Positions 61,829 to 64,000 of a stretch of 64,000 nucleotides of DNA are shown here, piece by piece. The stretch's first letter is position 1, and every line of letters starts with the position of its first letter. The notes under the pieces are model-generated. The model was given only the letters and a program-made list of their open reading frames with translations, made no database searches and was not told the DNA's origin. Location of the stretch: NCBI GenBank assembly GCA_973851085.1, contig OZ316775.1:11284001-11348000 (forward strand). The letters are read 5' to 3'. The stretch is from Ptychomitrium polyphyllum. Taxonomy: Eukaryota. Position numbers and translations under genes: made by a program.

Positions 61829-64000
61829 CGCTACTGCCACACTTGCGAACTGAATCGGAAGGTAACGAAATCCGCTCAGCCCCTGCATAACGCCAAACTA
61901 CCCACTGTCAACAACTCGCCGTGGTCTGTTCTAACATTCAAACACGCAGCCAAGTATATCCAAAACTAAATTGTGCCAAACAGCTCCTGAACCAATTCAA
62001 TTCAACGTAAACTAACTCCCCACATCAAACTTCACACCACACTCATTCCAAATCAGAATCCGTCTCGTCTACTCTCGTCTTCTCGAACCACTATCGTGAA
62101 CCTCCCATCCTCCCTCCCTCACTCACACCTTGCAAGCACTGCCAACGAAACTCTCAAAGCAAAGGCTCTCACCTACCGCAGAGCCAGAACGAAAGAAACA
62201 CATTACACAAATCAAAGAACAAGCAGCAAGAACACCATTCCCAAGAGCATGAGCCTAATTCTAAGACATCACTATCCATCCAGAGATCCCATCCGCAATG
62301 ACCCCACCCCCACCCTCACCCCCAACAGCACACACACAAAAGGCACGACTACACATGGCAAAACCTAAGGGAAAACATGGAGAAGTCAAACATACGAAAG
62401 GTCGGCAGTGTAGCGATGGTGCCGTGAGCCTCGAACTCGTCCCAAAGGCCGCACCTTGACGCAGAATCACCGAGAGAATGATCTTCGACGCAAGGCAACG
62501 CTAGGAAACCATGGAACCTGCAAAACTGCAACACATCACCCAAGCTCACAAAACCTCTCTTCCCTTGGGGTTTAAGGGTGCCCTCTCCCCTAGACCGTCA
62601 CCATGCCCCAAAAACCGACACTGTCTACCACAGGTGTACATTACAGCCCACGTATAGTACAACTATAGCAAATCGCAACAAACCATCGCAGTGCTCAAAT
62701 TAGAGGTTGTCTACGATGAGCGCAAGATTAACGAGCCTGAGTATAAGCATTCCGTAGATAGAGACGGTTTTAGGGTACTGTGACGGTACTGTGACTGGGG
62801 GCTGATGGACGGGAAGGCGTTACTGGACCCAAGCCTGATGGAATGTTCCGGCGGCGGACATTTGGGAGGCGAATTATGTTGTGTGGCCGTTACGGGGAGT
62901 GGTGAGTTATTGTTGAGTATGGCTTTTTGTGAAGCGCGGGTTTGAGGTGCGGAACGGAGCCGGCTGAAACCCGTGGCGATGGACGCTGACGTGGAGCCAG
63001 GTTGCAAACTGCAAAAAACGCCTGTTTGGTGTTATCCGTGGGGTTGGTGTAACTACTAGTGAGTCAAGCAGGCCCAATGCTTAGTCCTTTGGTTTGTAAG
63101 GCGATGTGGAGGTTTTGATCACGGTTTCTGAACTCTTGTTGTCGTTAGTGACATGTACGTAATTTTAGTTGCCGTGATTATGGACAATTCTGTACCTCGC
63201 TCAACAATAGGCAGGTGAATAGGAAAAGTGACGTGGAAGAAAGGTTGATTATTAGGATGATGTGGCAAGATGCTAACACATCTTTGATGTAATAGTATCT
63301 AATGCAAGTGTCTAAACAGTTGTAAAAATAAAAAAAAATAAAAATGAGTAATAAAGTATTCAACAAGGCAACACTACAAATAAAAATACAAAAATAAAAG
63401 TTTAAAAAACTTTTTTAAATAAAAGTAAAAAGTAAAAAAGGAAATTAAAATTCACTTATAAATATGGATGGATATCTATCCATCCATCTATTCATCCATC
63501 TATTCATTTATCTAACACAAGATAATAAGGTTTTTTTTATACATTATACAAAAATATAAAAGAATATATATTTTTGATTGAATAATATCCATATGAAAAA
63601 AACTGATCATAGATAACATAATTTAATATCCTATAAAAAACCTATGAATATTAAAAATTAGAGATCTTGGAGGTTTGTTTTCAAAATAGACTTCTTGAAA
63701 AGGGAGTTTTCTTTATTTCAAGTGATTCACAAGTTTTTTATAAAATGCCATAAATGAAGAGGCATGAAAATTTGATCGATAAAGATTATATGAATTGCTA
63801 TTGAAACCTATGGAATCGCATATCATTTCTCCTACATAAAATATTAGATAAAAGTATGACAAATGTCTTTAGGTTTTTTTTCAAATAAAGACCAAATTTA
63901 AAAATAATTTATTAATTTGAGATATATTAAAATAATATGAATAAAATTTAATATTATCCTTATTATCATTGTAATTACTGATATTATAACACAAGATTAC

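Noticed and set aside
63464..63487. 11-bp palindrome ATGGATGGATA-tc-TATCCATCCAT
   Set aside because: Formed from (TCCA)n simple repeats in AT-rich decayed DNA, with no supporting context.

Overview
Eukaryotic plant nuclear DNA with GT-AG introns and gene islands separated by very AT-rich, decayed LTR-retrotransposon sequence. The gene and TE style suggests a moss such as Physcomitrium or another Funariaceae member; this is inference, not an identification. I reconstructed spliced gene models by hand. From left to right: (1) the 5' part of a SET-domain Rubisco-LSMT/SETD3-like methyltransferase (-); (2) a TIR-NB-ARC-LRR immune receptor (+) whose LRR array is split by an 8.4-kb decayed Ty3/Gypsy insertion, which itself carries a solo LTR and leaves a pseudogenised LRR tail beyond it; (3) a TMEM184/DUF300 LAZ1-like gene (-); (4) a solo LTR nested in inverted orientation inside another solo LTR of the same family, followed by an unrelated solo LTR; (5) tubulin-folding cofactor B (+); (6) an intronless gene with a divergent AP2 domain (-); (7) API5 (-); (8) a 4-kb AT-rich desert; (9) a NAT11/12-like nucleobase-ascorbate transporter (+); (10) P5CR (-). 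I see no CRISPR, rRNA or tRNA genes and no clearly new multi-gene system. The best leads are the TE-truncated but motif-intact TNL with a possible MGxxxS lipid anchor, the nested inverted solo LTRs, the non-canonical AP2 domain and a cryptic targeting-peptide exon for P5CR. Exon coordinates were read by eye and may be off by a few bases.
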